Assembly (NCBI GenBank): GCA_964524585.1
Contig: CAZGCX010000001.1
Location: 1-50,557, forward strand
DNA from: an uncultured Anaerolineaceae bacterium
GTDB lineage: Bacteria; Chloroflexota; Anaerolineae; Anaerolineales; E44-bin32
DNA length: 50,557 nucleotides
Direction of reading: 5' to 3'
Position 1 is the stretch's first letter; every line of letters starts with the position of its first letter. The position numbers and the translations under genes were made by a program. Positions 35,532 to 44,689 of this stretch are shown here, piece after piece. The notes under the pieces were generated by a model. The model ran no database searches, was not told the origin of the DNA, and saw nothing but the letters and a program-made list of their open reading frames with translations.

Positions 35532-36905
35532 GTGGCGGAGATCACGGTGATCGGGGGCGGGCTTGCCGGAAGCGAGGCTGCCTGGCAGGCGGCGCAAGCG
35601 GGGCACCAGGTTCTGCTGTACGAGATGCGCCCGGTGCGGACTACCGGAGCACACGCTACGGATCAATTGGCCGAGCTCGTGTGCTCGAATTCGCTGGGCT
35701 CTCAGCTTCCGGATCGAGCGTCTGGGGTCCTGCTGAGCGAACTCGAGCGGCTGGGTTCACTGCTGATCGACTGCGCCCGCGCGGCGCAGCTGCCGGCGGG
35801 CGGCGCCCTGGCAGTTGACCGTGTTGGTTTTTCCGAAAGGGCTACAACCCGGCTGGAAGGCCATCCCGGTATCACCGTGGTGCGGGAGGAAATGAAGCGG
35901 ATTCCCTCCGGGATCACGGTCCTGGCGACCGGTCCGCTCACCTCGCCAGCGCTGTCTGGCGAGCTGGCGCGCCTCACCGGCGAGCAGCATCTGTACTTCT
36001 ACGACGCCCTCTCACCGATCGTCGAGTCCGGAAGCATCGACCTCTCCATTGCGTTCCGTGATTCCCGCTATGGCCGTGGCGAACGCCCAGATGGCGACTA
36101 TCTGAACTGTCCGATGGACCGTGAGCAATACTTCGCCTTCGTGCGAGAGCTGGTTTCCGCGGAGCGGATCGAACTCCGGGAGTTCGAGCACGCGATCGAA
36201 AGCGGCGTACGGGCTGGCATGGATCAGTTCTTTGAGGGCTGCCTTCCAGTAGAAATCATTGCGGAGCGGGGTGAGCAATCGCTGGCGTTCGGGCCGCTGC
36301 GGCCGATCGGCCTGCAGGATCCGCGTACCGGCCGGCGACCGTTTGCCGTCGTGCAGCTGCGCCAAGATGATCTGGCAGGCGAGCTGTACAACCTGGTTGG
36401 CTTTCAGACCAACCTGCGCTACCCGGAACAGCGAAGGGTATTTCAGATGATCCCCGGGCTGGAGCAAGCGCGCTTCGCCCGATACGGTCAGATGCATCGC
36501 AACACCTTCCTGAACTCGCCCAAACTGCTGCTCCCAACGCTTCAGTTTCGCCAGCGCCCGGATCTGCTCATGGCCGGCCAGATCACCGGCGTGGAGGGGT
36601 ACCTGGGAAACATCGCCACTGGGCTGTTGGCCGGTCGCAACGCGGCCCGAATCGCAGAGGGGGCGGAACCGATCGTTCTATCGCCCGAAACCATGCTGGG
36701 TGCCCTCTGCCACTACGTCACGCACGCCGAACCGCAACGATTTCAACCGATGAAGGCAAATTTCGGCATCCTGCCGCCGCTGGCGGACGATCGTCGCCGG
36801 AACCGGCGGGAGCGGGCGGTGGCCTACGCCGAGCGGGCGCGCCTTGCGCTCGACGCCGTGCTGAGGCCCGAGACTGTGGCCGACCAGGCGGGTCGCTTCG
36901 CATAG
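35532..36905 (+). CDS. trmFO: methylenetetrahydrofolate--tRNA-(uracil54-C5)-methyltransferase (FADH2-oxidizing)
   Basis: ITVIGGGLAGSEAAWQAA..G..V.LYEMRP...HATD.LAELVCSNS and a full-length (457 aa) TrmFO/Gid-like layout. Confidence 0.9.
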   Translation: MAEITVIGGGLAGSEAAWQAAQAGHQVLLYEMRPVRTTGAHATDQLAELVCSNSLGSQLPDRASGVLLSELERLGSLLIDCARAAQLPAGGALAVDRVGFSERATTRLEGHPGITVVREEMKRIPSGITVLATGPLTSPALSGELARLTGEQHLYFYDALSPIVESGSIDLSIAFRDSRYGRGERPDGDYLNCPMDREQYFAFVRELVSAERIELREFEHAIESGVRAGMDQFFEGCLPVEIIAERGEQSLAFGPLRPIGLQDPRTGRRPFAVVQLRQDDLAGELYNLVGFQTNLRYPEQRRVFQMIPGLEQARFARYGQMHRNTFLNSPKLLLPTLQFRQRPDLLMAGQITGVEGYLGNIATGLLAGRNAARIAEGAEPIVLSPETMLGALCHYVTHAEPQRFQPMKANFGILPPLADDRRRNRRERAVAYAERARLALDAVLRPETVADQAGRFA

Positions 36906-36919
36906 CCATCGGTAGGGGC

Positions 36920-37020
36920 GCCGAATTGCTCATCGATGCGGACTATCCCACACCCGGCCTGGCAGGCCTCAAACGGCTCGACGCGCTGCACGCCGCCCGG
37001 CACGCATCGAGCAATTCGGC
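36920..37020. repeat. long-range inverted repeat (arms 36920-36939 and 37004-37020)
   Basis: GCCGAATTGCTCATCGATGC ... GCATCGAGCAATTCGGC. The arms are complementary apart from a 2-3-nt bulge in the longer arm and enclose about 64 nt. The element starts 15 nt after the trmFO stop. Confidence 0.7.
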
Positions 37021-37037
37021 CGCGCTGCGCTGAGGTC

Positions 37038-37122
37038 GGGACTGCATTGTGGCCGGGACCGCAGCGTGGCCGGGACTGCACCGTGGCTGGGACTGCACCG
37101 TGGCTGGGACTGCACCATCGCC
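37038..37122. repeat. 17-bp tandem repeat x5 (consensus GGGACTGCACCGTGGCT)
   Basis: Copies start at 37038, 37055, 37072, 37089 and 37106. Copies 3 and 4 are identical. The period is not a multiple of 3. The array lies immediately upstream of the hflX -10 box. Confidence 0.9.
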
Positions 37123-37137
37123 AAAGCGTGAGCACGC

Positions 37138-37143
37138 TATAAT
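37138..37143 (+). promoter_or_regulatory. -10 box (GCTATAAT); leaderless hflX mRNA
   Basis: TATAAT ends 6 nt before ATG 37150 and there is no SD sequence. Confidence 0.5.
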
Positions 37144-37149
37144 CTCGGC

Positions 37150-38496
37150 ATGAGCAAGAGGGCACTCCCTACCCAGGTCAGCCGGGAACGGGCGCTGTTG
37201 GTGGGAACCGACCGCCGGTCGGAGGAGCGCTTGCTCTCGCTCGAAGACTCCTTGATCGAACTGCAGCTGTTGGCTGAAACGGCCGGCTTGGCCGTGGTCG
37301 GGGAGGTGACCCAGCATCTCGGCCGGCCCGATCCGAAGACCTACGTGGGGGCCGGCAAGGTCAAGGAGATCAAGGATCGTTCGGAAGACCTGCTGGCAGA
37401 CGTAATCCTCTTTGACGAGGAGCTCAACCCGCGTCATCAGCGTGAACTGGAACTTGCCCTGGGCGAGGACGTGCGGGTCTTGGACCGCACAGCGCTGATT
37501 CTGGACGTTTTTGCACAACATGCTCGCAGCCGGGAGGGGAGCTTGCAGGTTGAACTTGCCCAGTACGAATACCGGCTGCCGCGCCTGACCAGAGCCTGGA
37601 CCCACCTTGCTCGACAGGCCGGCGGTGGAGCAGGCCGAACTGGCTCGGCCGGTGGAGTCGGCCTGCGTGGGCCGGGCGAAACCCAGCTGGAGGTTGACCG
37701 CCGGGATATCAATCGGCGGATTGATCATCTCAAAGAGGAGTTGGAGAAGGTTCGTGCCCACCGAGGGCGTTACCGCTCCCGCCGCCGCGGCACCCATATT
37801 CCGACGGTGGCCTTAGTCGGCTACACCAACGCAGGCAAATCCACCTTGCTCAACCAGCTGGCCGGGTCAGACGTGTACGTCGCCAATCGGCTGTTTGCGA
37901 CGCTGGACCCGACCACGCGCAAGGTGGAGCTTCCGGGAGGTCGGGCGATCCTGCTCACCGACACCGTTGGTTTCATCCAAAAACTGCCAACCATGTTGGT
38001 GGCCGCATTCCAGGCGACATTGGAGGAGATCTCGGAGGCCGACCTGCTGCTACACGTGGTCGACATCACGCACCCCAATGCCGAGGCGCAGATCCGGGCC
38101 GTGCAGGACACACTGGTTGAGATCGGCGCAGACACCATCCCGGTGCTTATCGCTCTCAACAAGATCGACGCTGCGCCAGTGGCCGAAGCCGAACTTGAGC
38201 TCGATTCGCCTTACGTGCGCACTTCTGGGCTCACTGGAGAAGGCCTTTCGGAATTGATGGATGCCATCCAGCATGAGCTGTATGAAGTCATGGAGCCGCT
38301 GGAAGTCGAGCTTCCGTACCGGGAAGGGAAACTGGTCAGTTTGTTTCACGAGCACGGCGTGGTCGAGCACGTCGAGCACGACACTCGGGTCATGAGGATG
38401 GCCGGTCGGATCCCACGGCGGCTGCTGTGGGCCTTTGAGCCGTACCTGGGCGAGGGGAGCCAGCAGCAGGAGACAAAGGACGCCGAGCTTGGCTGA
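37150..38496 (+). CDS. hflX: GTPase HflX
   Basis: The HflX N-domain followed by the G-domain: ALVGYTNAGKSTLLN, DTVGF, NKID. Confidence 0.9.
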   Translation: MSKRALPTQVSRERALLVGTDRRSEERLLSLEDSLIELQLLAETAGLAVVGEVTQHLGRPDPKTYVGAGKVKEIKDRSEDLLADVILFDEELNPRHQRELELALGEDVRVLDRTALILDVFAQHARSREGSLQVELAQYEYRLPRLTRAWTHLARQAGGGAGRTGSAGGVGLRGPGETQLEVDRRDINRRIDHLKEELEKVRAHRGRYRSRRRGTHIPTVALVGYTNAGKSTLLNQLAGSDVYVANRLFATLDPTTRKVELPGGRAILLTDTVGFIQKLPTMLVAAFQATLEEISEADLLLHVVDITHPNAEAQIRAVQDTLVEIGADTIPVLIALNKIDAAPVAEAELELDSPYVRTSGLTGEGLSELMDAIQHELYEVMEPLEVELPYREGKLVSLFHEHGVVEHVEHDTRVMRMAGRIPRRLLWAFEPYLGEGSQQQETKDAELG

Positions 38497-41400
38497 GTCC
38501 CGGGCCCAGACTGAGCTTCGGGGCCTGCTGGAACACCGTTTGCAGGGCGAGATCCACCTCGACCCGTACCACCGATCACTCTACGCAACTGACGCTTCGA
38601 ATCACCGAGTCAACCCGCTGGGGGTGGTGTTCCCGCGCACCGAAGAGGACCTGAATGCAACGGTGGAGGTTGCGGCTGAGTTGGGCATTCCGTTGTTGCC
38701 GCGCGGAGCGGGAACCAGCCTGGCCGGCTCAACCATTGGAGCGGCACTGGTGTTGGATTGCAGCCGCTATCTGGCCCAGATCCATCACATCGACCGTGAG
38801 CAGAAGACTGCAGAGGTTGGCCCGGGAGTAGTCTGCAATCAGCTCAACGCGGCCGCCGCAGTACATGGGCTCCAGTACGGCCCTGATCCAGCCTCCGCTG
38901 ACCGGGCAACCTTCGGCGGAATGATCGGGACCAACGCAACCGGCGCGCATTCTATTCGCTACGGAATGACTGTAGATCACGTCGTCGGGCTGGATGCGGT
39001 GCTGGCCGACGGATCGCAAGTGCGGTTCGAGCCGGTTTCGCTGGAGGCGGCCCGGCGCAAGGCGGAAGGCGGCGGTCTGGAGGCCAGCATTTACAGCGAG
39101 ACACTGAGAATGCGGACCGATTTGGCGCAGGCAGTGGCCGACCACTGGCCGCACACCTGGCGGCGCTCCTCCGGCTACAGCCTCAACTATCTGACCGGGT
39201 TTACCCCCTCGCAGCCCGCGGCCTGGTATCAGGACCAATACCCACCGCCGGCGGATTTCAACCTGGCATCGCTGGTCTGTGGCTCCGAGGGGACCCTGGC
39301 AATCATCCGACGGGCTCAAGTGCGGCTGGTGCCCAAGCCGAAACATGCCGTGCTGCTGGTGATCGGATTCGATGGCCCGGCGCAGGCGGCTGACTTCACT
39401 CCGGCGATTCTCGAGACCGAGCCAGCGGCGGTGGAGCTTCTGCCTCGGCTGCTGATCGAGCGGGCACGCCAGGTACCGGCCTACTCCCGGCGTCTCGGAT
39501 TCGTGGACGGCGATCCGCAGACGCTGCTGGTGGTTGAGTACACCGGAGACACCCAGTCCGAAGCGCTGGCCAAGGCGGGGCCCCTGGCGTCACGTGGCCG
39601 GATTCTGGCAGGGCGGGAGCAACAGGAAGACTTGTGGGCGGTGCGCAAGGCGGGACTGGGGCTGCTGATGTCGGTACCTGGATCAGCGAAGCCGATCACA
39701 TTCATGGAGGACGTCGCGGTTCCGGTCGAGCGGTTGGGGAGCTACGTCCGGGAGGTCGACCGGCTGTTGGCAGAGCACGGCACGCACGGCGAATGGTACG
39801 CCCACGCCTCTGCCGGATGCCTGCACATGCGCCCGCTGATCGACCTGAAAACCGCCGACGGAGTCCGTCGCATGCGAGCGATCGCCGAGCAGGTCGTCGA
39901 GCTGGTGGTGCAGATGCATGGCTCGATCTCCGGCGAACACGGCGATGGTCTCTCTCACACCGCCTACAACCAGAGGCTATTTGGCCCAGAGCTAGCGTAT
40001 GCCTTTCTCCGACTCAAGCGGACATTCGACCCGGCCGGCATCCTGAATCCGGGCAAGGTGGTCGAGCTCGAGGGAACCCAGCCGCAGCTCGACGCAGACC
40101 TGCGCTACGGGCCGGAGTACCGGGCCCAGGCGCCGCCCACGACCTTCAGCTTCCAGAAGCAGGGGGGTCTTCAGCAGGCGGTTGAGGCTTGCATCGGGGT
40201 CGGGATCTGTCGCAAGGCAGATGGGGTCATGTGCCCATCCTTCCAGGCGACGCGGCTCGAAATGCACTCGACCCGCGGGCGGGCCAACGCGCTGCGAGCG
40301 GCGATTTCGGGGGCGCTGCCGGAAGGGGCGTTGACCAGCCGCGAGATGTACGAAATCCTGGACCTGTGCCTCGAGTGCAAGGGCTGCAAATCGGAGTGCC
40401 CGACCGAAGTCGACATGGCCCGGCTGAAAGCGGAGTTCCTGGGCCAGTACCAGGCGGAGCACGGCGTCCCACTGCGCAGCCGTGCATTTGGCGAACTGGC
40501 CCGTGTGCTGTCCCTGGCGCAGCCGTTCAGCCGGATGGTCAACCGCCTTGCGCCGACCGGCCTGCTTCGCCGGCTGCTCGGGTCGACGCTGGGCATTGCC
40601 CGGCAGCGCACATTGCCGCCGCTGGCCGCCCGACGATTTCGCTCACAATTCCGGCGTTCCCAGCTCGCGGCCGCGCCGACTTTCGCCGGTAGCCGTGGAC
40701 CGGTGGAGGGGGTGGAATCTCCACCGTTGGAAGGCGGCCGCGCACCGGCGGAGCAAGGGGCATCCATGCCATCGGCTGGTCACGCCGCCGCCGCGGAGCG
40801 TGTGGTGCTGTTCGTCGACACCTACACTGACCTGAACTTCCCGGAGATCGGCGCGGCGGCTGTAGAGCTGCTGCAAGCGGCGGGCTGCCAGGTCGAAATG
40901 GTGCCGAAGCAAGTCTGCTGCGGTCGACCTATGATCTCCAAGGGGCTATTGGGGCGGGCCAAGCAGCAAGCGGTTCGCAACGTTGCAGCTTTGGCACCGT
41001 ATGCGCGGCAAGCTATTCCGATCGTAGGGCTCGAGCCGTCTTGCTTGTTGACCTTACGGGACGAGTACCTGGATCTCCTGCCGGACGATCCGGATGCAAT
41101 TGCGGTTGCAGCCGCCGCAAGATTGATTGAAGAGTACCTGACTGAGCCGACTGGCAGCGGTGCGCGCCGCATCGACCGGATCGATCGGATAAAGCCGGCG
41201 GGCAAGGTCTTACTGCACAACCACTGTCATGCCAAGTCGTTGATCGGCAGCGAGCCGATGCTGGCCATGCTACGGGCTACAGGCTTGCAGGTTGAGGAGA
41301 TTGATTCCGGCTGCTGCGGCATGGCCGGTTCTTTCGGCTACGAGGCCGAACACTACTCGCTTTCGATGGACATCGGTGAGCTCAAGCTGTTTCCCGCGGT

Positions 41401-41530
41401 GCGCCAGGCCGATGCGGGGGTCCAGCTGGCTGCACCGGGCGTGTCCTGCCGAGCACAGATCAAAGACGGCACCGGCGCAACTGCGGTCCATCCGGTGGTG
41501 CTGCTTGCCTCGGCCTTGAATTCACACTGA
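38435..41530 (+). CDS. FAD-binding oxidase fused to 4Fe-4S and CCG domains (YdiJ/GlcD-GlcF-like, possible D-2-hydroxyacid dehydrogenase)
   Basis: FAD_binding_4 motif PRGAGTSLAGS, Fe-S motif CLECKGCKSECP, and two CCG-type Cys motifs (QVCCGRP; CCGMAGSFG). The start is uncertain: an in-frame TTG at 38489 would reduce the overlap with hflX to 8 nt. Confidence 0.85.
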   Translation: MSRTWARGASSRRQRTPSLAESRAQTELRGLLEHRLQGEIHLDPYHRSLYATDASNHRVNPLGVVFPRTEEDLNATVEVAAELGIPLLPRGAGTSLAGSTIGAALVLDCSRYLAQIHHIDREQKTAEVGPGVVCNQLNAAAAVHGLQYGPDPASADRATFGGMIGTNATGAHSIRYGMTVDHVVGLDAVLADGSQVRFEPVSLEAARRKAEGGGLEASIYSETLRMRTDLAQAVADHWPHTWRRSSGYSLNYLTGFTPSQPAAWYQDQYPPPADFNLASLVCGSEGTLAIIRRAQVRLVPKPKHAVLLVIGFDGPAQAADFTPAILETEPAAVELLPRLLIERARQVPAYSRRLGFVDGDPQTLLVVEYTGDTQSEALAKAGPLASRGRILAGREQQEDLWAVRKAGLGLLMSVPGSAKPITFMEDVAVPVERLGSYVREVDRLLAEHGTHGEWYAHASAGCLHMRPLIDLKTADGVRRMRAIAEQVVELVVQMHGSISGEHGDGLSHTAYNQRLFGPELAYAFLRLKRTFDPAGILNPGKVVELEGTQPQLDADLRYGPEYRAQAPPTTFSFQKQGGLQQAVEACIGVGICRKADGVMCPSFQATRLEMHSTRGRANALRAAISGALPEGALTSREMYEILDLCLECKGCKSECPTEVDMARLKAEFLGQYQAEHGVPLRSRAFGELARVLSLAQPFSRMVNRLAPTGLLRRLLGSTLGIARQRTLPPLAARRFRSQFRRSQLAAAPTFAGSRGPVEGVESPPLEGGRAPAEQGASMPSAGHAAAAERVVLFVDTYTDLNFPEIGAAAVELLQAAGCQVEMVPKQVCCGRPMISKGLLGRAKQQAVRNVAALAPYARQAIPIVGLEPSCLLTLRDEYLDLLPDDPDAIAVAAAARLIEEYLTEPTGSGARRIDRIDRIKPAGKVLLHNHCHAKSLIGSEPMLAMLRATGLQVEEIDSGCCGMAGSFGYEAEHYSLSMDIGELKLFPAVRQADAGVQLAAPGVSCRAQIKDGTGATAVHPVVLLASALNSH

Positions 41531-41711
41531 GCTCCGCATTTCTGGGGCGACGCGCCGTAGAACTGCGCATAGCCACCAACAGCCGCCGTGTGCGTTGGCG
41601 AACTTGGCCGGGTCCGTGCACGGTCAGCCTGGGGGGCCCGAAGTCCGGGCACGGCGCCAGTCGTGGGGTGCTCACGTCGCGGCACGCGGTACCGCATTTT
41701 CGAATGCAGTT

Positions 41712-42710
41712 CTAGGGCTGGTCGGATTCGAAGATTTCGTGGTAGCCGCGGTCAAGCTCGTCGTCGGAGAGATGGGCATACCGCTGGGTCACGGCGATGC
41801 TGCGGTGGCGGGCCAACTCCTGGGCCATCTTGAGGTTGCCGCCGGATCCGCGCAACACGGTCGTTACAAAATAGTGGCGGAACGAGTGCGGCGTAATCGC
41901 TGCGGAGGGCCGATCGCCGAGCGCTTCGGCGGTACGCTGGTGCACGATAGCGCGGCCGGTGGTGGTGGAGATCGGAAGCACACGGTCCCCGGCGCCTTTG
42001 TCGTGCCGGGCGAACAGCGGCAGGGAGCGCAGCGGGCGCCCTGAAGCGCCGTCTTGCACACTACGGCCATCCAGATAAGCCTTGAGATAGCGCAGCGACC
42101 GGGAGGAGAAGCGGACCACGGCTTCCCGGTTGCCTTTGCCGATCAGAATCGCTCGTCCTTCGTTCCAATCCAGGTCGCCACGCCGCAGGGCGACTGCTTC
42201 GTGAATTCGTAGACCCGTGTCGGCCAACATGAATAGCAGAGCCCGATCCCGCAATGCCCGCAGCCTGCCGCGGTCGCCGCGGTCCGCAGCCGGCCTCAAT
42301 CGTGCAGCGTGATCCAGTACTTCTTCGATGTCGCGTCGCGGGAATTGCGGCAACCGTTGGCCTGGACGGCGCGAGCGACGGCGGATCAGCAGTCGCAGGC
42401 GCGGCAAGTTGACCTCGGCGTGCTCCTCGGCGGCCAGATACTCATACCACCCGGTCAATGCGGTCAAATACAACCGCTCGCTGGCTGGTGCGTAGCCACG
42501 CAGGTAACGGGCAAAATCAGCGATCCAGTCCTCAGTTGCCTGGCGCGCTGGGAAGGTCTCGGCATCGATGCTGCGGTCCGCGAGGCAGGCCAGAAAGGCC
42601 TTGATTGCGTTGCGGTAGGTCCGGGTGGTGTTGGCGCTGCGGGCCAACCGAACGCTGTCTAGATAGCGTTCCAGTGTCTGTCCAACGCTTACGACCATTG
42701 AAGTCCACAC
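41712..42710 (-). CDS. tyrosine site-specific recombinase, XerC/XerD family
   Basis: N-terminal SAM-like domain (TTRTYRNAIKAFL). Catalytic residues are RIHEAVALR...HSFRHYF...LARHRSIAVTQRYAHL. An alternative ATG start lies at 42698. Confidence 0.8.
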   Translation of the reverse strand: MWTSMVVSVGQTLERYLDSVRLARSANTTRTYRNAIKAFLACLADRSIDAETFPARQATEDWIADFARYLRGYAPASERLYLTALTGWYEYLAAEEHAEVNLPRLRLLIRRRSRRPGQRLPQFPRRDIEEVLDHAARLRPAADRGDRGRLRALRDRALLFMLADTGLRIHEAVALRRGDLDWNEGRAILIGKGNREAVVRFSSRSLRYLKAYLDGRSVQDGASGRPLRSLPLFARHDKGAGDRVLPISTTTGRAIVHQRTAEALGDRPSAAITPHSFRHYFVTTVLRGSGGNLKMAQELARHRSIAVTQRYAHLSDDELDRGYHEIFESDQP

Positions 42711-43056
42711 AAACTCCCGGCACGATGCCGATCGGAGAGTGATCGCAAGTCCGTTCTCCTCGTCAATACGGGAAGCATCTGGCTGAAGTTTCCAGCGGAT
42801 TGTCCATTTGCGCCAGCCTCAAACTGGACCGGGACCGCAACGGTTTCTAGGTGTTTTGTGCCGGAAAGTGGCCTCCCCGCACGCTCACCGTTGTTTGTGA
42901 TAATAGAACTTATCATAACCAATCAGATTGTAAACAATCCCCCGCCCGTGTCAAGTCAGCGCCGGGCGCGAGCTTTGATTCTTGCGAGAGGTTAGTGAAT
43001 CTGGGTTGAGCAGAGGCGGTGGAGGCCAGGCTCGCGCGCTGCGGTCCCCGCCCTGC

Positions 43057-44097
43057 TTAGGCGGAGTGCCCGTTGGCGTACTTGGTGTCGTCGTCGGAAA
43101 GGCTCTGGACGTTTTTGTGGATTTTGGCGATGTCGCCCCGGTGCCAGCAGCGCTCGAAGGCTTCGACCATCTCTGGGTCGAACTGCCTGCCGGACTGTGC
43201 CAGGATCTCTCGGAAGGCGTTTTCCTGGGTCATCGCCGGGCGATAGGGTCGATTGGAGGTCATGGCGTGGAAGGTGTCGGCCACCGCCAGCAATCTGGCA
43301 CCGATCGGGATGGCTTCACTTGCCAGGCCGTCCGGATAACCGCCTCCGTCCCAGCGCTCGTGATGGTGCAGCACGACCGGCAGCGCGGGCTCGAGGTACG
43401 GATTGCCGGCGATCATGTGTGCCCCATACACCGGATGCATACGCATCTCGCGCCACTCGTTCTCATCCAGCGGACCGGTCTTGGAGAGGATCCGTTCGCC
43501 GACGCTGATCTTCCCGACGTCGTGCAAAATGGCGCCGAATTCAAGTGCCTCCAGCTGATCGGCATCCCAGCTGAGCTCGAGCGCCAGCGCTTGCGCGTAG
43601 GCGTTGACGGCTTCGACGTGCCGTTTGGTATAAGCTCCCGCGCGGGTCTCGATCGCGTTCGCCATTGCGCGCATCACGGCCTTGAGCTGAACCAGCATCA
43701 ATTCGTCGGTCCGCTGCAGGCGTGCTCGCACCGCTTGCAGCAGCTCGTGGCTGGTGACCGGCTTTGTGATGTAGTCGTCTACCCCGAGTGCCTTGGCTGC
43801 GAAAACGTCTTCCCGGGTGCCACGCGCCGTGACGAAAATGAACGGTATCGCCGCACCTTCTGGGCGCTGCCGAACTGCCTTATAGAGCTCGATCCCGTCC
43901 ATTCCTGGCATCGAGATGTCTGACATGATCAATGCGGGGGTCTGCTGGCCGAGCTCCTTGAGGGCGTCGCTGCCATTGGCCGCGGTGGAAACGACGTAGC
44001 CCGAGTTCTCGAGGATGTCCCGAAAGGCATCCAGCATGGCAGGATCGTCCTCTACGACCAGAAGTGACGAGCCACTTACATTCTGCTCATTGTCCAC
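43057..44097 (-). CDS. response regulator with an HD-GYP phosphodiesterase domain (RpfG family)
   Basis: REC domain (LLVVEDDP...LIMSDISMPGMDG) plus HDVGK...HHHERWDGGGYPDGL. Confidence 0.85.
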   Translation of the reverse strand: MDNEQNVSGSSLLVVEDDPAMLDAFRDILENSGYVVSTAANGSDALKELGQQTPALIMSDISMPGMDGIELYKAVRQRPEGAAIPFIFVTARGTREDVFAAKALGVDDYITKPVTSHELLQAVRARLQRTDELMLVQLKAVMRAMANAIETRAGAYTKRHVEAVNAYAQALALELSWDADQLEALEFGAILHDVGKISVGERILSKTGPLDENEWREMRMHPVYGAHMIAGNPYLEPALPVVLHHHERWDGGGYPDGLASEAIPIGARLLAVADTFHAMTSNRPYRPAMTQENAFREILAQSGRQFDPEMVEAFERCWHRGDIAKIHKNVQSLSDDDTKYANGHSA

Positions 44098-44194
44098 GGC
44101 GTCAGGTACCCCTCGCAGCCCAAGCTAGGCGAGCCTGCTCATTATTGTCCTGCCACGAGAACCCTGCAATGTTACGCTGGTCAACCCCCCACTG

Positions 44195-44200
44195 TATACT
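44195..44200 (+). promoter_or_regulatory. candidate -10 box TATACT (within CACTGTATACT) for smpB
   Basis: It ends 15 nt before ATG 44216. Confidence 0.4.
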
Positions 44201-44215
44201 TGCGCCTGCAATCAA

Positions 44216-44689
44216 ATGGCGAAGCGAAAAGAAGCTCAGCGAGTGTTGGCTCGCAACCGCAAGGCTGGCAGGGATTACCACCTCGAACAACGGTTTGAAG
44301 CGGGGCTGGCGCTGCTCGGAACCGAGGTCAAGGCGGCCCGAGCGGGCCAGGTCAGCCTGAATGAGGCCTATGTGGCCATCGAGGGTGGCGAAGCTTGGCT
44401 GCTCAACGCTCATGTGGCGGCGTACGAGCCGGCAAGCCACACCAATCACGAGCCGCAACGACGCCGCAAACTGCTGCTGCATCGCAGGGAGTTGGACGAG
44501 ATCGCCTCCATGGTGCGGCAGCGCGGTTGGACACTGGTCCCGACTCAGCTCTACCTGAGTTCCGGCCGCATCAAGCTGGAGATCGCCCTGGCGCGCGGCA
44601 AGCGGCAATACGATAAGCGCCGCGAACTCGCCAAGCGCGATGCGGAGCGCGAGGTCGAGCGTGCAATGGCCCAGCGCCGGTCGCGATGA
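44216..44689 (+). CDS. smpB: SsrA-binding protein
   Basis: NRKA.RDY......EAG..L.G.EVK..R.G...L.EAY......EAWL.N.H...Y...........RRRKLLLH..E is the typical SmpB pattern. Confidence 0.9.
   Translation: MAKRKEAQRVLARNRKAGRDYHLEQRFEAGLALLGTEVKAARAGQVSLNEAYVAIEGGEAWLLNAHVAAYEPASHTNHEPQRRRKLLLHRRELDEIASMVRQRGWTLVPTQLYLSSGRIKLEIALARGKRQYDKRRELAKRDAEREVERAMAQRRSR

Noticed and set aside
35424-35666. N-terminal extensions in the ORF track: rpoN to 35666, ftsZ to 21623, and the 416-aa gene to 22863. Others are the membrane protein to 13593, the NERD-like gene to 16627, GtrA to 2069, and the PMT-like gene from 6548.
   Set aside because: The extensions overlap neighbouring genes or promoters and are compositionally junk-like (Arg/Pro/Ser-rich). 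The internal starts give canonical family N-termini, an RBS or leaderless context, and TGATG/ATGA coupling.
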